64,000 nucleotides of DNA from Nitrosopumilus sp. (GCA_965223425.1 OZ245003.1:1-64000), one strand, 5' to 3'. Shown: positions 1 through 11,696, counted from the stretch's first letter. The notes: generated by a model from the sequence alone, not told the origin. Numbers and translations: made by a program.

Positions 1-29
1 AACATGGATACTGTAAAGTTAGTTGCACT

Positions 30-1391
30 TTAGATACCAAATGAACTTCGTCTAGTGACAAAAATAATGCCAATTATTGAGATTAGCAGAACAAGTAATG
101 TTATGGTTCCAAATTCTGGTGCTACGACAATTCCAAATTCGGTTTCTTGACCTGTATTTCTGATATTTTCAAATTTTATTATTACAGGACCTGCTTGGTC
201 TTCATCAAATGTGAATTTTTCAAAATCACCGCCAACTTGTGCTGTTCCTGATGTACGATGAATTTCCTTTCCATTTTGAATAATTACAAATGTATAATCA
301 GAATTTTTCAACGGTTCACCAGTAGTTCCATCTCTTATGGTAAAAACAAAATTTGTATCTATACCTGGCTCTATCTCAACTGGATCCCAAGAAAGATTCA
401 GCTGAAAATCTTCACTTTTTGTATATGCAGTTAAAGGAAAGTCAATGACCTCGCTAGTAGATAATGTAAACACAATATTATCAGGCAGCGGATCATCTGT
501 TTTTTTCATTTCATTTTTTAAAAATCGAAGATGATCTTGTAACAAAACAAAGTGAACTATTCTTTCATCTTCCTCTGTGTAATCATCAATGGTTACTGAA
601 GATTTGAATAATTTAATTCCGTTTGCATGTCCAGTATAGCTAGGAGACAGCAATTCAGCAAAATCTTTTGGAAAATGAACTTCCTCATGTACGACAGGAA
701 TATGGGACATTTGTTTTTCACTCCAATCAAATGGCATTTCAAATGTGACTTGTTTAGCCTCAGAATTGTACTCAAAATTAGAGATTTTATCAAAATATGA
801 TTTCATACGAAAGTCTACATCATTGTTTTCTGCATCCTTTTGGGTATAGGAAGTAGTCTCAATTACGCTCAAATCAGCATTATATGTTCCAGAATTCTCT
901 ATAATGTTAGTTGGCTCATCAATGGTTCGTACCTCAATTTCAAAGGTATACAATCCACCTGAAGTAAAAAGTGGACCAGTAATTTCAATAGGGTTTGATT
1001 CTGTTCCATGCCAGGCACCAAGTAGGGTGTCTTGTTCTCCATGAATCATAAAATTATCAAATCCTTGTTTTGGTGATATCTTAATAGGCAATACACCATT
1101 ATCTGTAAAAAAATAATTTCTGAAAATCATTTCGTTATTATGAAACAGGCCGATTAGAAATGTAACATTTTTTGCATTTTCTTGGGTTTTATCTTCAACT
1201 GCAGTAATTGTGATTTGTTCCTGATCATTTTCAAAATATAATGGCATCTCAACTGAAATTGAGATGTCTTTTCCTTGAATATCAATTGACGAGATAGTAT
1301 CAATTCCCAACCCATGACCATAAGCACTGCCTGCCGGAAACAGCAAACCGATAACAAGCGTAAATATTCCAAGTTTTGTCAATAGGGACAT
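30..1391 (-). CDS. Secreted/surface protein with PEFG-CTERM sorting signal
   Basis: 453 aa; N-terminal signal peptide; C-terminal APEFG + TM helix + basic RR tail (thaumarchaeal PEFG-CTERM). Confidence 0.85.
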   Translation of the reverse strand: MSLLTKLGIFTLVIGLLFPAGSAYGHGLGIDTISSIDIQGKDISISVEMPLYFENDQEQITITAVEDKTQENAKNVTFLIGLFHNNEMIFRNYFFTDNGVLPIKISPKQGFDNFMIHGEQDTLLGAWHGTESNPIEITGPLFTSGGLYTFEIEVRTIDEPTNIIENSGTYNADLSVIETTSYTQKDAENNDVDFRMKSYFDKISNFEYNSEAKQVTFEMPFDWSEKQMSHIPVVHEEVHFPKDFAELLSPSYTGHANGIKLFKSSVTIDDYTEEDERIVHFVLLQDHLRFLKNEMKKTDDPLPDNIVFTLSTSEVIDFPLTAYTKSEDFQLNLSWDPVEIEPGIDTNFVFTIRDGTTGEPLKNSDYTFVIIQNGKEIHRTSGTAQVGGDFEKFTFDEDQAGPVIIKFENIRNTGQETEFGIVVAPEFGTITLLVLLISIIGIIFVTRRSSFGI

Positions 1392-1409
1392 TTTTTCATT
1401 TCACCACAA

Positions 1410-2123
1410 TTATTTTATTGTTAATAATTCTTCAACATTATGAATCAAGTCTTCTATCGTTGTAGACTCCAAGATAGGTTGAAGATCATTTGGATCCTTT
1501 GCGCCAAGTGCGGATAATGAATAAATGTAATCAATTGTTGGTGTGTCAGTCGCAAGGTAATATTGTTCCAAAACATGATCTAATGCATGTGGTTCAACAA
1601 CTTGTGGTAACGCTTGAGTGACAATTTTATTTTTCCATAACGCAATTAATTTTTCCCATTGTTCCAATGAAATACTTTCATCAATTTCTGGAATCATTTC
1701 AACTTTAGCTTGAATGTATAATTTTTCTTCTATTCCGATTTTTTCATGCATATCAGATATTTCTTGATGGCCTTCTACTGAAAGCGGATCATAAGTTGCA
1801 GGTTGAGGAATTGATGGGGGGATAATTTTTTCAATTTTAAACGAGTTTCTGCCTAATGTTTCAATGTGTAGCTGTAATCCATCAAGCTCAACATCTTCAC
1901 ACTTGGTAATTTTAGCAATTGTTCCAACCAATTTAGGAGAATTCCAACCGCTAACAGAGTTTTGTTCATCAATCAAACACACACCAAATTGACCATCACC
2001 TAACATACAATCATCAACTAATTGCTTGTAGCGAGGCTCAAATATTCGGAGTGGGAGTTCCTGTCTGGGAAATAAAACCAAATCCAGGGGAAATATTGGA
2101 ATTATTTTTGTCTGTGCCAACAA
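1410..2123 (-). CDS. LON peptidase substrate-binding (N-terminal) domain protein
   Basis: IPIFPL..VLFP..LPLRIFEPRY..LV..C motif. Confidence 0.85.
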   Translation of the reverse strand: MLAQTKIIPIFPLDLVLFPRQELPLRIFEPRYKQLVDDCMLGDGQFGVCLIDEQNSVSGWNSPKLVGTIAKITKCEDVELDGLQLHIETLGRNSFKIEKIIPPSIPQPATYDPLSVEGHQEISDMHEKIGIEEKLYIQAKVEMIPEIDESISLEQWEKLIALWKNKIVTQALPQVVEPHALDHVLEQYYLATDTPTIDYIYSLSALGAKDPNDLQPILESTTIEDLIHNVEELLTIK

Positions 2124-2172
2124 GTCATATTGAAATGTCTCTAGATATATGGGATGCGGATTCTAAAATAAA

Positions 2173-3102
2173 CTAAAAACCATTCTCATTAAGGGTCAAG
2201 CCTAGGAGAGCTGCGCGCGTATGTTTTCCATATTCAGCTTGTTCAAAGTATTTAGCATTTTTTGTACTATCAACATCAGTTGAGATTTCATCTATTCTTG
2301 GAAGAGGGTGTAAAATTATAGAATCATCTTTCATTTGTTTCAGCAAATCTAATCCGATAACATAGCTGCCCTTGACTTTGAGATATTCTTCTTCGTCAGG
2401 GAATCGCTCCTTTTGTATTCTTGTTACGTAAAGAACATCAAGTTCATCAATATGTTCTTCAAGATTAGAAGACTCTGTAAAGTCTAATCTCTTTTTGATT
2501 TCGTAAATTGAATCAGACCGTATTCTAAGAGATTCTGGAGAAATTAAACGAACATCAACATCATAATTTCCGAGTCCATACAGCAGGGAATAAACAGTAC
2601 GTCCATATTTGAGATCACCAACTATTCCAATCTTTAGTCCATCAATCTTTTTCTTTTCTTTTTTAATTGTAAACAAATCTTGAATTGCCTGTGTAGGATG
2701 TTCTTCTGTACCACTACCTGCATTGATTACAGGTTTTTCTGAAATTTCAGCTGCAAATCTACTGGAGCCATCCATAGTATGTCGTAAAACAAGAATATCT
2801 GAATAAATAGACATTATTCGAATAGTGTCGGCAAGACTTTCACCTTTTTGAGCAGATGAAGATGAAATGTCGGCAATCCCTAATGAATTTCCACCAACTG
2901 ATGCCATTGCTGCATCAAAACTAAGGCGGGTTCTAGTACTTGGTTCATAAAACAAATATCCCAATGTTTTTCCCTTGCAGATTTCTCTTCGATCAGCGGG
3001 ACTCGTTTGCATGATCCTGTCAGTTGACGAAAAAATTTTTTCGAGCTGTTCTTTGTTATAGTCCTTAATTGAGATAATGTCTTTTTGATAGAACTCGTTC
3101 AT
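2173..3102 (-). CDS. pyrB: Aspartate carbamoyltransferase catalytic subunit
   Basis: FYEPSTRTRLSF, HPTQ, HPLPR motifs; divergent from pyrI. Confidence 0.98.
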   Translation of the reverse strand: MNEFYQKDIISIKDYNKEQLEKIFSSTDRIMQTSPADRREICKGKTLGYLFYEPSTRTRLSFDAAMASVGGNSLGIADISSSSAQKGESLADTIRIMSIYSDILVLRHTMDGSSRFAAEISEKPVINAGSGTEEHPTQAIQDLFTIKKEKKKIDGLKIGIVGDLKYGRTVYSLLYGLGNYDVDVRLISPESLRIRSDSIYEIKKRLDFTESSNLEEHIDELDVLYVTRIQKERFPDEEEYLKVKGSYVIGLDLLKQMKDDSIILHPLPRIDEISTDVDSTKNAKYFEQAEYGKHTRAALLGLTLNENGF

Positions 3103-3143
3103 TCTTTCAATGATATATACGAGAGACTATACAAAGTATTCTG

Positions 3144-3605
3144 ATGGAGCAATCCGAACTTATGGTTCGACGAATCAAGGAAGGCACGGTAATTGACCAT
3201 ATTGACGAAGGTAAGGGTCTTCAAGTACTCAACGCGCTGAGAATTGACGGAAAAGATGGAGGCCTGATTACCATAGCCCTGAACGTTCCAAGCGGTAAAT
3301 TCAAGAAAAAAGACATCATAAAAGTTGAAAACAGGTTTCTAAAGGGTGATGACACAAACAAACTTGCAGTAATTGTCCCAAAAGCAACTATTAACATGAT
3401 AAAAAACTACAAACTTGTTGAAAAAAGAAGAGTGTCACTACCAAACGAAATAGACAGAATATTTCGATGCTCAAATCCGGATTGTATCACAAACAGCACC
3501 GAACACATTGAATCTGTAATGGATGTAATTGACAAGGAAGGAAGAGTGCTCAAGTGCAGATATTGTGCAAGAGTTTTGGATGTTAACAAATTAAAATATA
3601 ACTAA
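3144..3605 (+). CDS. pyrI: Aspartate carbamoyltransferase regulatory subunit
   Basis: GTVIDHI; Zn ligands CSNPDC..CRYC. Confidence 0.97.
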   Translation: MEQSELMVRRIKEGTVIDHIDEGKGLQVLNALRIDGKDGGLITIALNVPSGKFKKKDIIKVENRFLKGDDTNKLAVIVPKATINMIKNYKLVEKRRVSLPNEIDRIFRCSNPDCITNSTEHIESVMDVIDKEGRVLKCRYCARVLDVNKLKYN

Positions 3606-3636
3606 ATTAAAAATTTGAAAAAGATGTAGTTGTGGT

Positions 3637-3951
3637 TTATTGTCCTAAAATGATAAACATCATGACTATACCGTAGATAGCAATTGATTCTACCATGCCT
3701 ACAAAGATGAATACTTTGGACTGTAATGCCGGATTCTCACTGATTACTGCAAGACCCGCTGCACCTACTTGACCTAAACCAACACCGGCGCCGCCTGCGG
3801 CAACACCAAATGCTATACCAGCACCAATTAGTTTAGAGCCATCACTCATACCGCCAGTTTCTCCTTCTTCTGCAGCGTATGCTACATCTGTAAGACCGGC
3901 AGCTACCAAGGTAATGGCTGCTACTGATAACAATAAAACGATAGGTTTCAT
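3637..3951 (-). CDS. atpK: A-type ATP synthase subunit K (c, proteolipid)
   Basis: Signal-like N-terminus, Gly-rich hairpin, conserved Glu in MVESIAIY. Confidence 0.95.
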   Translation of the reverse strand: MKPIVLLLSVAAITLVAAGLTDVAYAAEEGETGGMSDGSKLIGAGIAFGVAAGGAGVGLGQVGAAGLAVISENPALQSKVFIFVGMVESIAIYGIVMMFIILGQ

Positions 3952-4000
3952 CTGCCTGAATTCCTTATAGTTCCATATTTAAATCATGATGACGTTCAAA

Positions 4001-4132
4001 CTAAATTTGATCAAGGGTTTTCTTTTTGAACGATTTTAGATCATCTTGGATTGATTTTGCAAAAGCGTTATGATCGTCGTCTATTTTCTTTTTAGAATTC
4101 TCAAGTAATTTTTTGATTTCTTCTTTTGCCAT
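4001..4132 (-). CDS. Small charged helical protein (43 aa) inside ATP synthase operon
   Basis: Not in ORF track; MAKEEIKKLLENSKKKIDDDHNAFAKSIQDDLKSFKKKTLDQI; ATG overlaps atpD stop (TAATG). Confidence 0.6.
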   Translation of the reverse strand: MAKEEIKKLLENSKKKIDDDHNAFAKSIQDDLKSFKKKTLDQI

Positions 4133-4764
4133 TATTTCCTACTTTCCATCTTTGCTTTCACTTTTTTTAACTTTGCGAATTCTTCTCTTTCTCTTTCTTC
4201 AAGAGTAGCAAGTATGAATCGAATTTTTTGTTGATATTGTGGAATAATTACATTTTCAAGCGCATTTAGCAGTTTTTGAGTCTTTTCTAATGCTTTTGCA
4301 AGACTAAAAATAGAATTTTCATATTCTGCTGCTTTACAAATTTTTGGAAGTAGTTCTTTGATTTGTTTTGCAGCTCTATCAATTGATGAATTTGTATCGG
4401 CAAATCCATAAGGCATTGATTTTGTATCTTTTTCTGTAACAGATAATGCGGGAATTTTTACATCAACAACTCTGCGTACGTTAACATCTACTTCCATTAC
4501 AGGCGGAGTAGATTCGGCAACAGAATCAACCGTATCAGAACCCAAGGCCAAATATGCTTCGTTAACTGACTTGTAGATATCTTGCAGGGGTTCCCAGATT
4601 CCGCCTCTTGCTTTAGATGCTTCCTCAATCATCTCCTCAATATTTTTTAAGAGAACTTTACGTTTATCGTCCAAGATTTTCTGAACCATTACGGCGACTT
4701 GGCTAGATTTTTTATATTTTAAAAGTTCAATTTTTGTGGCTGCAACGTTCTGTCCAAATGACAT
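4132..4764 (-). CDS. atpD: A-type ATP synthase subunit D
   Basis: ATKIEL..KILDDKR..LNALENVIIP..LEEREREEF. Confidence 0.96.
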   Translation of the reverse strand: MSFGQNVAATKIELLKYKKSSQVAVMVQKILDDKRKVLLKNIEEMIEEASKARGGIWEPLQDIYKSVNEAYLALGSDTVDSVAESTPPVMEVDVNVRRVVDVKIPALSVTEKDTKSMPYGFADTNSSIDRAAKQIKELLPKICKAAEYENSIFSLAKALEKTQKLLNALENVIIPQYQQKIRFILATLEEREREEFAKLKKVKAKMESRK

Positions 4765-4768
4765 TTTG

Positions 4769-6154
4769 TTATTCTTCCTGATAGTATTGATCTATGAATT
4801 TATCTTTAATTTTAGTAATCTCATTCTTTGGCAGTTTAGAGACAATCTTCCACAAAATACCAAGTGTTTCTTCAATAGTTCTATTCTCATCAGTTGCTTG
4901 TGTGAGGAATTCCTTTTCAAATACATCGCCGACGTCCATGTATTTCAAATCAATTTCAGTCAGTCCTGCCTTGCCTACAATTCCTGCTAATGCCCTTACT
5001 TCTTGCGCTCTAGAATATGCATCATAAACTTGATTAGAAATTTCGCCGTGATCGTCTCTAGTACTTCCCTCACCAATTCCGTCTTTCATCAGCCTGCTAA
5101 GACTCATCAAAATGTTGATTGGGGGATAAACTCCTTGTCTGAACAGATCTCTACCAAGTACTACCTGTCCCTCTGTAATGTAGCCAGTAAGGTCTGGGAT
5201 TGGATGGGTAATATCATCAGATGGCATTGATAAAATTGGAACTTGGGTAACACTGCCTTTTCTTCCGTTGAGTTTACCTGCCCTTTCATAGATTGTAGAA
5301 AGATCAGTGTAAAGATAACCAGGATAGCCTTTTCTTCCGGGAACCTCTTCTCTTGCCGCACTAATCTCTCTGAGTGCTTCTGCATAGTTTGTCATGTCAG
5401 TTAGAATAACTAGAACGTGCATGCCCAACTCAAAGGCCAAATACTCTGCTACAGTTAATGCCACGCGGGGAGTGATAATCCTTTCAATTGCAGGATCATC
5501 TGCCGTGTTTAGAAATAGAACACTTCTTTTTAATGCACCAGACTCTTCAAGACTTCGTCTAAAATATTCTGCCTCGCTGTATTGCACACCAATTGCTGCA
5601 AAGACGACAGCAAAGTCATCATCAGTGCCAACAACGCTTGCCTGTCTTGCAATTTGTGCTGCCAAAAGGTTGTGAGACATGCCAGAACCTGAAAAGATTG
5701 GAAGTTTTTGTCCTCGAACTAGTGTAATCATTCCATCAATTACTGAAACTCCAGTCTGAATGAAGTCTTTTGGATATTCCCGTTGTTCAGGATTCATCGG
5801 TTCGCCATTAATGTCAATAAATTGATCAGCAATTGGATCTGGCAATCCATCTTTTGGTCTACCTAAACCATCAAAGACTCTACCAAGTACTTCTTTTGAT
5901 ACTGGCATTTCCATAACTTTTCCAACAAATTTAGCATTAGTTGCAGAGATTGACAGTCCAGTAGTTCCTTCAAAGACTTGAACGATTGCCTTGCCATTTC
6001 CTACTTCGAGAACCTTGCCTAGTCTTCTCTCGCCATCTTTAGTTTCAATTTCTACAAGTTCATCAAATGCGGCGTTTTCGACATCATCAACAATTACTAA
6101 TGGTCCTTTGATTTCTGCAATCTTGCTGTATTGAACTCCGCCTTTTGTTGTCAA
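4769..6154 (-). CDS. atpB: A-type ATP synthase subunit B
   Basis: [37 protein letters not shown]. Confidence 0.98.
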   Translation of the reverse strand: MTTKGGVQYSKIAEIKGPLVIVDDVENAAFDELVEIETKDGERRLGKVLEVGNGKAIVQVFEGTTGLSISATNAKFVGKVMEMPVSKEVLGRVFDGLGRPKDGLPDPIADQFIDINGEPMNPEQREYPKDFIQTGVSVIDGMITLVRGQKLPIFSGSGMSHNLLAAQIARQASVVGTDDDFAVVFAAIGVQYSEAEYFRRSLEESGALKRSVLFLNTADDPAIERIITPRVALTVAEYLAFELGMHVLVILTDMTNYAEALREISAAREEVPGRKGYPGYLYTDLSTIYERAGKLNGRKGSVTQVPILSMPSDDITHPIPDLTGYITEGQVVLGRDLFRQGVYPPINILMSLSRLMKDGIGEGSTRDDHGEISNQVYDAYSRAQEVRALAGIVGKAGLTEIDLKYMDVGDVFEKEFLTQATDENRTIEETLGILWKIVSKLPKNEITKIKDKFIDQYYQEE

Positions 6155-7929
6155 CTTGAAACTTTCACTCCAGTAATTGATTTGAATTGTTCTTGCATGT
6201 CAGTTTGCAGTTGATCAAGTTTTGGAATCTCGTCATCTTTGATATCCATTCTTGCTTTAAGAATTGAAGAAACAATAGACATTTCACGAATGTCAGATAG
6301 TGCTGCGCCTTCTTTTAGTGCTTGTTGGCCTTTCTTGTAAAAGTCAACTAGTAGTTTCAATAGTTTGTATTGTTTTTCGGGACTACAATAGGTATCAACA
6401 TCATCAAATGAGTTTTGTTGCAAAAGACCAATCTTGACCATCCTTGCAACTTCAAGAATTAATTTTTCCTCATCAGGCAATGCTTCAGGACCTAAGAGTC
6501 TGACAATTTCTTTTAGTGTGTCTTCTCTTTGTAAAACTCCATATGCTTCACCTCTAAGACTTAGCCAGTCTTCATTGATGTTTTCACCCCACCATTTTGC
6601 AATGTCTGCAAGATAACCAGAATAGCTATTCATCCAGTTGATTGACGGGTAGTGTCTTGAGTATGCTAGCTTTGCATCCAGAGCCCAGAAAGTTTTGATA
6701 AATCTCATTGTGTGAGTTGTTACCGGTTCTGTAAAGTCGCCACCTGATGGAGACACGGCACCAACCAAAGTAACTGATCCGTCGCGGTCGGGACTACCAG
6801 ATGCTCTTACACGGCCTGCTCTTTCATAAAATTCTGCCAATCTTGATGCAAGATACGACGGATATCCTTCTTCTGCGGGCATCTCCTCTAATCTACCGCT
6901 CATTTCTCTGAGTGCCTCGGCCCATCTGCTTGTAGAATCCGCTACAAGTACAACGTCTTTACCCATATCTCTATAATATTCTGCAATTGTTACACCAGTG
7001 TAGATACTTGCCTCTCTTGCTGCTACTGGCATGTTACTGGTATTTGCAACAAGTACAGTTCTATCCATAAGTGGCTTTCCACTACGTGGATCTTTAAGAT
7101 GCGGGAATTCAACTAGCACTTCAGTCATCTCGTTTCCTCTTTCACCACAACCAATGTAAACAACAACTTGCGAATCAGCCCATTTTGCAATTTGGTGTAA
7201 TGTAACGGTCTTTCCTGTTCCAAACGCTCCAGGAATTGAACCGGTTCCGCCTTTTGCAATTGGGAAAAACGTGTCAATAACCCTTTGTCCTGTAAGTAAT
7301 GGAACTGTAGGATCATATCTGTTCTTGTACGGACGGGGTTTTCTAACAGGCCATCTGTGATACATTTTAAGTTCAATGTTTTGACCCTCGCTTTCTGTTG
7401 TTGCCAAAACAGTTTCTAAATCATAGTCTCCTTCAGATACAGCGTTTGAAATTTTTCCACCTAGATGATCTGGTGGAACCAGAATAGAGTGCTCAATAAG
7501 ATCAGTTTCTTGAACGGTTCCAATTACATCTCCTGCAGAAACCTCATCGCCGTTACTTGCTGTTGGAACAAAGTGATATTTTTTGGTCATATCTACAGGA
7601 GTCGTAACAATACCTCTTCCTATGAATGATCCAGATACTTTGGATAGTTCTCTTAGTGGTCTTTGAATTCCATCATAGAGCTGCCCAATAATTCCCGGAC
7701 CCAATAATACACTGAGTGGGTTTCCAGTACCAATTACAGGCTCGCCAGGTTTTAACCCACTTGTGGATTCATAAACCTGAATAAATGCTACATCTCCGGT
7801 TAATCGAATTACTTCTCCTACTAATTTTGAATCACCAACAGTTACGGTTTCATACATTTTTGCATCAGACATACCGTCTGCTCTTACTGCCGGACCACTT
7901 ACCCAAACAATTCTACCTTGAGCTGCCAT
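6151..7929 (-). CDS. atpA: A-type ATP synthase subunit A
   Basis: P-loop [25 protein letters not shown]. Confidence 0.98.
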   Translation of the reverse strand: MAAQGRIVWVSGPAVRADGMSDAKMYETVTVGDSKLVGEVIRLTGDVAFIQVYESTSGLKPGEPVIGTGNPLSVLLGPGIIGQLYDGIQRPLRELSKVSGSFIGRGIVTTPVDMTKKYHFVPTASNGDEVSAGDVIGTVQETDLIEHSILVPPDHLGGKISNAVSEGDYDLETVLATTESEGQNIELKMYHRWPVRKPRPYKNRYDPTVPLLTGQRVIDTFFPIAKGGTGSIPGAFGTGKTVTLHQIAKWADSQVVVYIGCGERGNEMTEVLVEFPHLKDPRSGKPLMDRTVLVANTSNMPVAAREASIYTGVTIAEYYRDMGKDVVLVADSTSRWAEALREMSGRLEEMPAEEGYPSYLASRLAEFYERAGRVRASGSPDRDGSVTLVGAVSPSGGDFTEPVTTHTMRFIKTFWALDAKLAYSRHYPSINWMNSYSGYLADIAKWWGENINEDWLSLRGEAYGVLQREDTLKEIVRLLGPEALPDEEKLILEVARMVKIGLLQQNSFDDVDTYCSPEKQYKLLKLLVDFYKKGQQALKEGAALSDIREMSIVSSILKARMDIKDDEIPKLDQLQTDMQEQFKSITGVKVSS

Positions 7930-7930
7930 A

Positions 7931-8530
7931 CTAATTTCCTACTCCGAATTTGGATGCAATTTCTTTCCTTATTAAAGGCTTTATGCGTTCAATTCTTGCA
8001 TCAATTGTATTGTCAAATGTCATTGCGCCATCTTTGGACTTGACAATAACTCCACCAAGACAATCAATTGTTTCAGATGATAATTCAGCTCCTGAGAATT
8101 GAGATAATGCTGATTGAACCGCATCTTTGTCTTTAGCATTTGTAAAGACGGTCACTTCAGAAGTTTCTAAAATTTTGGTTGATTCATCTAACAAAGTCTT
8201 AATCAGATTTGTGTGATCTTCATTTGTAATTTGATCTAATGCTTTTGAAAAGACCTTGTCAACTGCCTCTTCTAATACCATTAGTTCTTTATTTCTGGCC
8301 TCTAGATCGGAACTGCCAATAATCTGCTTTTCAATTTTATCGGCCTCTTTATTTCCATCTGAGATAATCTTATCATATTCCTGTTCTAGCTTAGGAAGCG
8401 CATCATCTAGTGTTTGTTTAGAATTTGAATCTGAATTTTCAAGATCGGCAAGAATTTCTTTCTCCGTCTTCTTTAGAATTTTATCAATAGCTTGTTCTAA
8501 TGCCAAATTTGCCAATACGAGGTGGCTCAT
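7931..8530 (-). CDS. atpE: A-type ATP synthase subunit E
   Basis: N-terminal coiled coil; C-terminal [13 protein letters not shown]; operon position; true start may be slightly downstream. Confidence 0.92.
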   Translation of the reverse strand: MSHLVLANLALEQAIDKILKKTEKEILADLENSDSNSKQTLDDALPKLEQEYDKIISDGNKEADKIEKQIIGSSDLEARNKELMVLEEAVDKVFSKALDQITNEDHTNLIKTLLDESTKILETSEVTVFTNAKDKDAVQSALSQFSGAELSSETIDCLGGVIVKSKDGAMTFDNTIDARIERIKPLIRKEIASKFGVGN

Positions 8531-8635
8531 TCAATAATAGATTTTAATGTTTGGGAGGGATTGGAATAATTATAAAAAAATAATTCCAATTTGAACTTAG
8601 AAAGATATTATAATGTAATACATATCGTTTGAGAT

Positions 8636-10738
8636 GTGACTGTTGCAGAACTTCTTATGGGCAGCGTTATACTTCCAAGAAGCGAGTCTCCAAAAGCAAT
8701 ATCACGCCTAACCGAATTTGAATGGTTTCATAAAACGGAGATGGAAAACGAAACAGTTACTCCTGAAATTGATGATCTTCTTTTGCGGGCTCAAAAAACA
8801 CACCAATTCATTGAAGATGTTATCAAAGGATTGAATATTCCTCTACGTGTTGGCATCATGGAAATTCTTTTCAAAGGCACTGTTTTTAAAAAGAAAAATT
8901 ACGATATTGACGAGATTGAAGGTTTGATTGCAGAGCTTGAGAAAACTCCGGAATCAGTCACTAACGCAGCTAAAGTATTGGAAGAAAATACAAAAGTTAA
9001 TCACTCTTTAGAAGAATTCAAATCGTTAAAAGAAGCACTACAAGTTGCAAACAAGCTGAAAATTGATCTAAGCGGTTTTGGCTCCATGAAGTATTTTTAT
9101 GCAAACCTGTTTGTCATCAATTCCTCTGATTATGGAGAAATTGAGCGATCACTGGAAGGTATGCCAATTTACAAATACGATTTAGAGTCAAAAGAAAAAT
9201 CAGCAATAATAATAATTTCTGATATTGATGACTCTGATAAAGTTCTCAAAATCATGCGAGCACTTAATTCCAATCCATTTAGCATACCCAAGGAATTTCC
9301 TCAGGTTCCAAGCAAAGCGTTTGCTTTGGCAGAATCAAAGATTAAAGAACTGACAGAAAAGCAGAAATCTCTTTCAAAAGAGTTAGCTTCAATTACAAAA
9401 AAGATTCGTGGTGAAATTCTGGCAATGCATGAAAATGCACTGGTAGCAAAAGACGTTCTAGAAACATTGCGCAAGCCAGGCGGCACGAAAAATTTTGCAG
9501 TAATACAAGGATACATTCCAAAGAAAATGGAAAACAAATTCAGACAGGTAACAAGTCAGTGGACATCAATTACTGAAGAAATAACAGATCCAAAGACTCT
9601 TTCAGATCTTCCTGTTTATTTGGATAATCCTAAGTGGGTTAGAACATTTGAAGTGATTACTCACAGTCAAGGAATTCCAAGAAAGGGAGAGTATGATCCA
9701 ACATGGATGATTGCATTGATGTGGCCAATATTTTATGGAATCATGTTTGCAGATGTAGGTCATGGATTATTGCTAATGGGATTAGGTTTGTTGTTCAAAT
9801 TCAAAGGACAGGGAACACTATCAAGATGGGGAATGCTACTGGCAATATCTGGTGCGGCAGGCGCAGTTGCAGGAGTTTTTCAGGGAGAAGCATTTGGTTT
9901 CCACTTGGAATATTTTGAACCATTTGGCACTCTGTTACATGAAGGTGGGCCGCTTCATTCCATATCATGGTTAGTCGGTTCAATTACTGTTGCACAACTA
10001 ACATTTGATCAAGTAATTATGATTCTCAAAGTTTCAATCTTCATAGGAGTTATACATCTTGGATGGGCTTTCCTTTTGAGAATTAGAAACTACATCAAGA
10101 GTGGTGACAAAGACACATTGATCTTTGAAGCAATTCCAAACTTGTTCATGTGGTTAGGAGTTTTCGGAGTAATGATGGGAGCAATTGGTTCTGGTTATGA
10201 TGTCATGAACATGTATTCAAAGATTCACGCAGAAGCAGTTCCTTGGGTCACGGTACTTGTTGGAGAATGGGCAGTTGTATGGTTGGTTGTTAGAGTTTCA
10301 GTAATCATTGTTATTGCATGTGTGGTGTTGATGATTATTGGCGGAATAAAACACAACAAAAAACATCCAGACGATGGGGGAGATATGGTAAGTGTAATTA
10401 TGGAAGTTTTCCTTGGAAAGACCATCGAGTGTCTGGCGCATACAATCAGCTATGCTCGAATAGGAATTATGCTACTTGTGCATGCTGCTTTATTACTTAC
10501 AGTTAACAAAGCTTATGCAGGTATGGGAGGACTTGATTCGCCAACTGCTCTGGTTCTAATAGTAGGAGGACAAATTGGCATCATGATGATTGAAGGTTTG
10601 ATTGTTTACATCCAGTCTCTAAGGCTTCACCTCTACGAGTTCTTTACAAAGTGGTATGATGGCGGTTCCCAACCATTCAAACAACTAGTTCCAGAAATGG
10701 TTTACAACTCTTATTCTTGGAAGGGCAAGAAAAAATAG
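8636..10738 (+). CDS. atpI: A-type ATP synthase subunit I (a)
   Basis: FYGIMFADVGHG, SYARI, QSLRLHLYEFFTKWY. Confidence 0.96.
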   Translation: MTVAELLMGSVILPRSESPKAISRLTEFEWFHKTEMENETVTPEIDDLLLRAQKTHQFIEDVIKGLNIPLRVGIMEILFKGTVFKKKNYDIDEIEGLIAELEKTPESVTNAAKVLEENTKVNHSLEEFKSLKEALQVANKLKIDLSGFGSMKYFYANLFVINSSDYGEIERSLEGMPIYKYDLESKEKSAIIIISDIDDSDKVLKIMRALNSNPFSIPKEFPQVPSKAFALAESKIKELTEKQKSLSKELASITKKIRGEILAMHENALVAKDVLETLRKPGGTKNFAVIQGYIPKKMENKFRQVTSQWTSITEEITDPKTLSDLPVYLDNPKWVRTFEVITHSQGIPRKGEYDPTWMIALMWPIFYGIMFADVGHGLLLMGLGLLFKFKGQGTLSRWGMLLAISGAAGAVAGVFQGEAFGFHLEYFEPFGTLLHEGGPLHSISWLVGSITVAQLTFDQVIMILKVSIFIGVIHLGWAFLLRIRNYIKSGDKDTLIFEAIPNLFMWLGVFGVMMGAIGSGYDVMNMYSKIHAEAVPWVTVLVGEWAVVWLVVRVSVIIVIACVVLMIIGGIKHNKKHPDDGGDMVSVIMEVFLGKTIECLAHTISYARIGIMLLVHAALLLTVNKAYAGMGGLDSPTALVLIVGGQIGIMMIEGLIVYIQSLRLHLYEFFTKWYDGGSQPFKQLVPEMVYNSYSWKGKKK

Positions 10739-10760
10739 CAGGGCGGGGAACAGACAGGTT

Positions 10761-10847
10761 ATGTCAAAAGAAGCAATAATTACAACAATTCCGGCAGTCA
10801 TTATGCTAGGCTTTGCTGTTTTTGGCGCATCAGTTGTTGCTCCATAG
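10761..10847 (+). CDS. Putative 28-aa single-TM peptide
   Basis: MSKEAIITTIPAVIMLGFAVFGASVVAP directly after atpI; fills the whole gap to the next convergent gene. Confidence 0.4.
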   Translation: MSKEAIITTIPAVIMLGFAVFGASVVAP

Positions 10848-11624
10848 TTATTCTTCTACAGGCAAGTCTAGTTTGTTTCCCCATTCCCCCCAAGAACCTA
10901 GGTATACTCGAACATTTTCAAAGCCAAGTTTCTTTAATGCCAAAAATGCATTAGCGGCCCTATATGCTCCCTGACAATAAGTTACAATTTCAGAATCTTT
11001 TGGAATTTGGTAAAGTTGAGACAATTGATCATCTGGTTTGAAGGTGCCATCGTCGCCGATATTGAGACTCCAATCAATATTGATGGATTTTGGGATATGT
11101 CCTCTCTGAGCTGCCCTTATTGTGGTTCCGGCATATTCTCCATCAGATCTGGCATCTATAATTTTTAGAGTGTCAAGATTTTCTAAAATATACTCGTAGC
11201 CAGAAATAATTTCAGGGTTGATTTTTCCAGAGAATTTTGAAGGTTGGAAGGGGTTTGGTTTTGTCTCAGTCGGCAGGTTTTCATTTTTCCATTTTGTCAT
11301 CCCGCCATCTAAAATAGACACGTCTGGATGCGAGAAGTATTGCAACATCCAAACGCCTCTTGCAGCTAACATGCCAGAAACACTGTCATAGAAGATAACC
11401 CTCTTTTCAGGGGTTACCCCAACAAATGAGAAAAGCATCTCTGTTTGTCTGTTAAAATTTTCTATTCCGTCTTTTGTTGTATCTATCCAATGAAATGCAA
11501 ACAGATCCAAATTTACTGCACCTGGAATATGTCCCTCAGAATATTCCTTGAAAGAGCGAGCATCAATAACCAAAATATTCGAGTCATTTAAAATCAAATT
11601 AAGGCTAGCTGTTGAAATCAGCAT
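10848..11624 (-). CDS. Tandem rhodanese sulfurtransferase
   Basis: GHIPGA, LDGG..W, YCQGAYRA, YLGSWGEW. Confidence 0.93.
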   Translation of the reverse strand: MLISTASLNLILNDSNILVIDARSFKEYSEGHIPGAVNLDLFAFHWIDTTKDGIENFNRQTEMLFSFVGVTPEKRVIFYDSVSGMLAARGVWMLQYFSHPDVSILDGGMTKWKNENLPTETKPNPFQPSKFSGKINPEIISGYEYILENLDTLKIIDARSDGEYAGTTIRAAQRGHIPKSINIDWSLNIGDDGTFKPDDQLSQLYQIPKDSEIVTYCQGAYRAANAFLALKKLGFENVRVYLGSWGEWGNKLDLPVEE

Positions 11625-11696
11625 GATTTTGGTAAACTGATCAAATCTAAATTGATTTGTATTGAAAAATAAAAAGAAAAGAAAAGGGTGTGTTTT

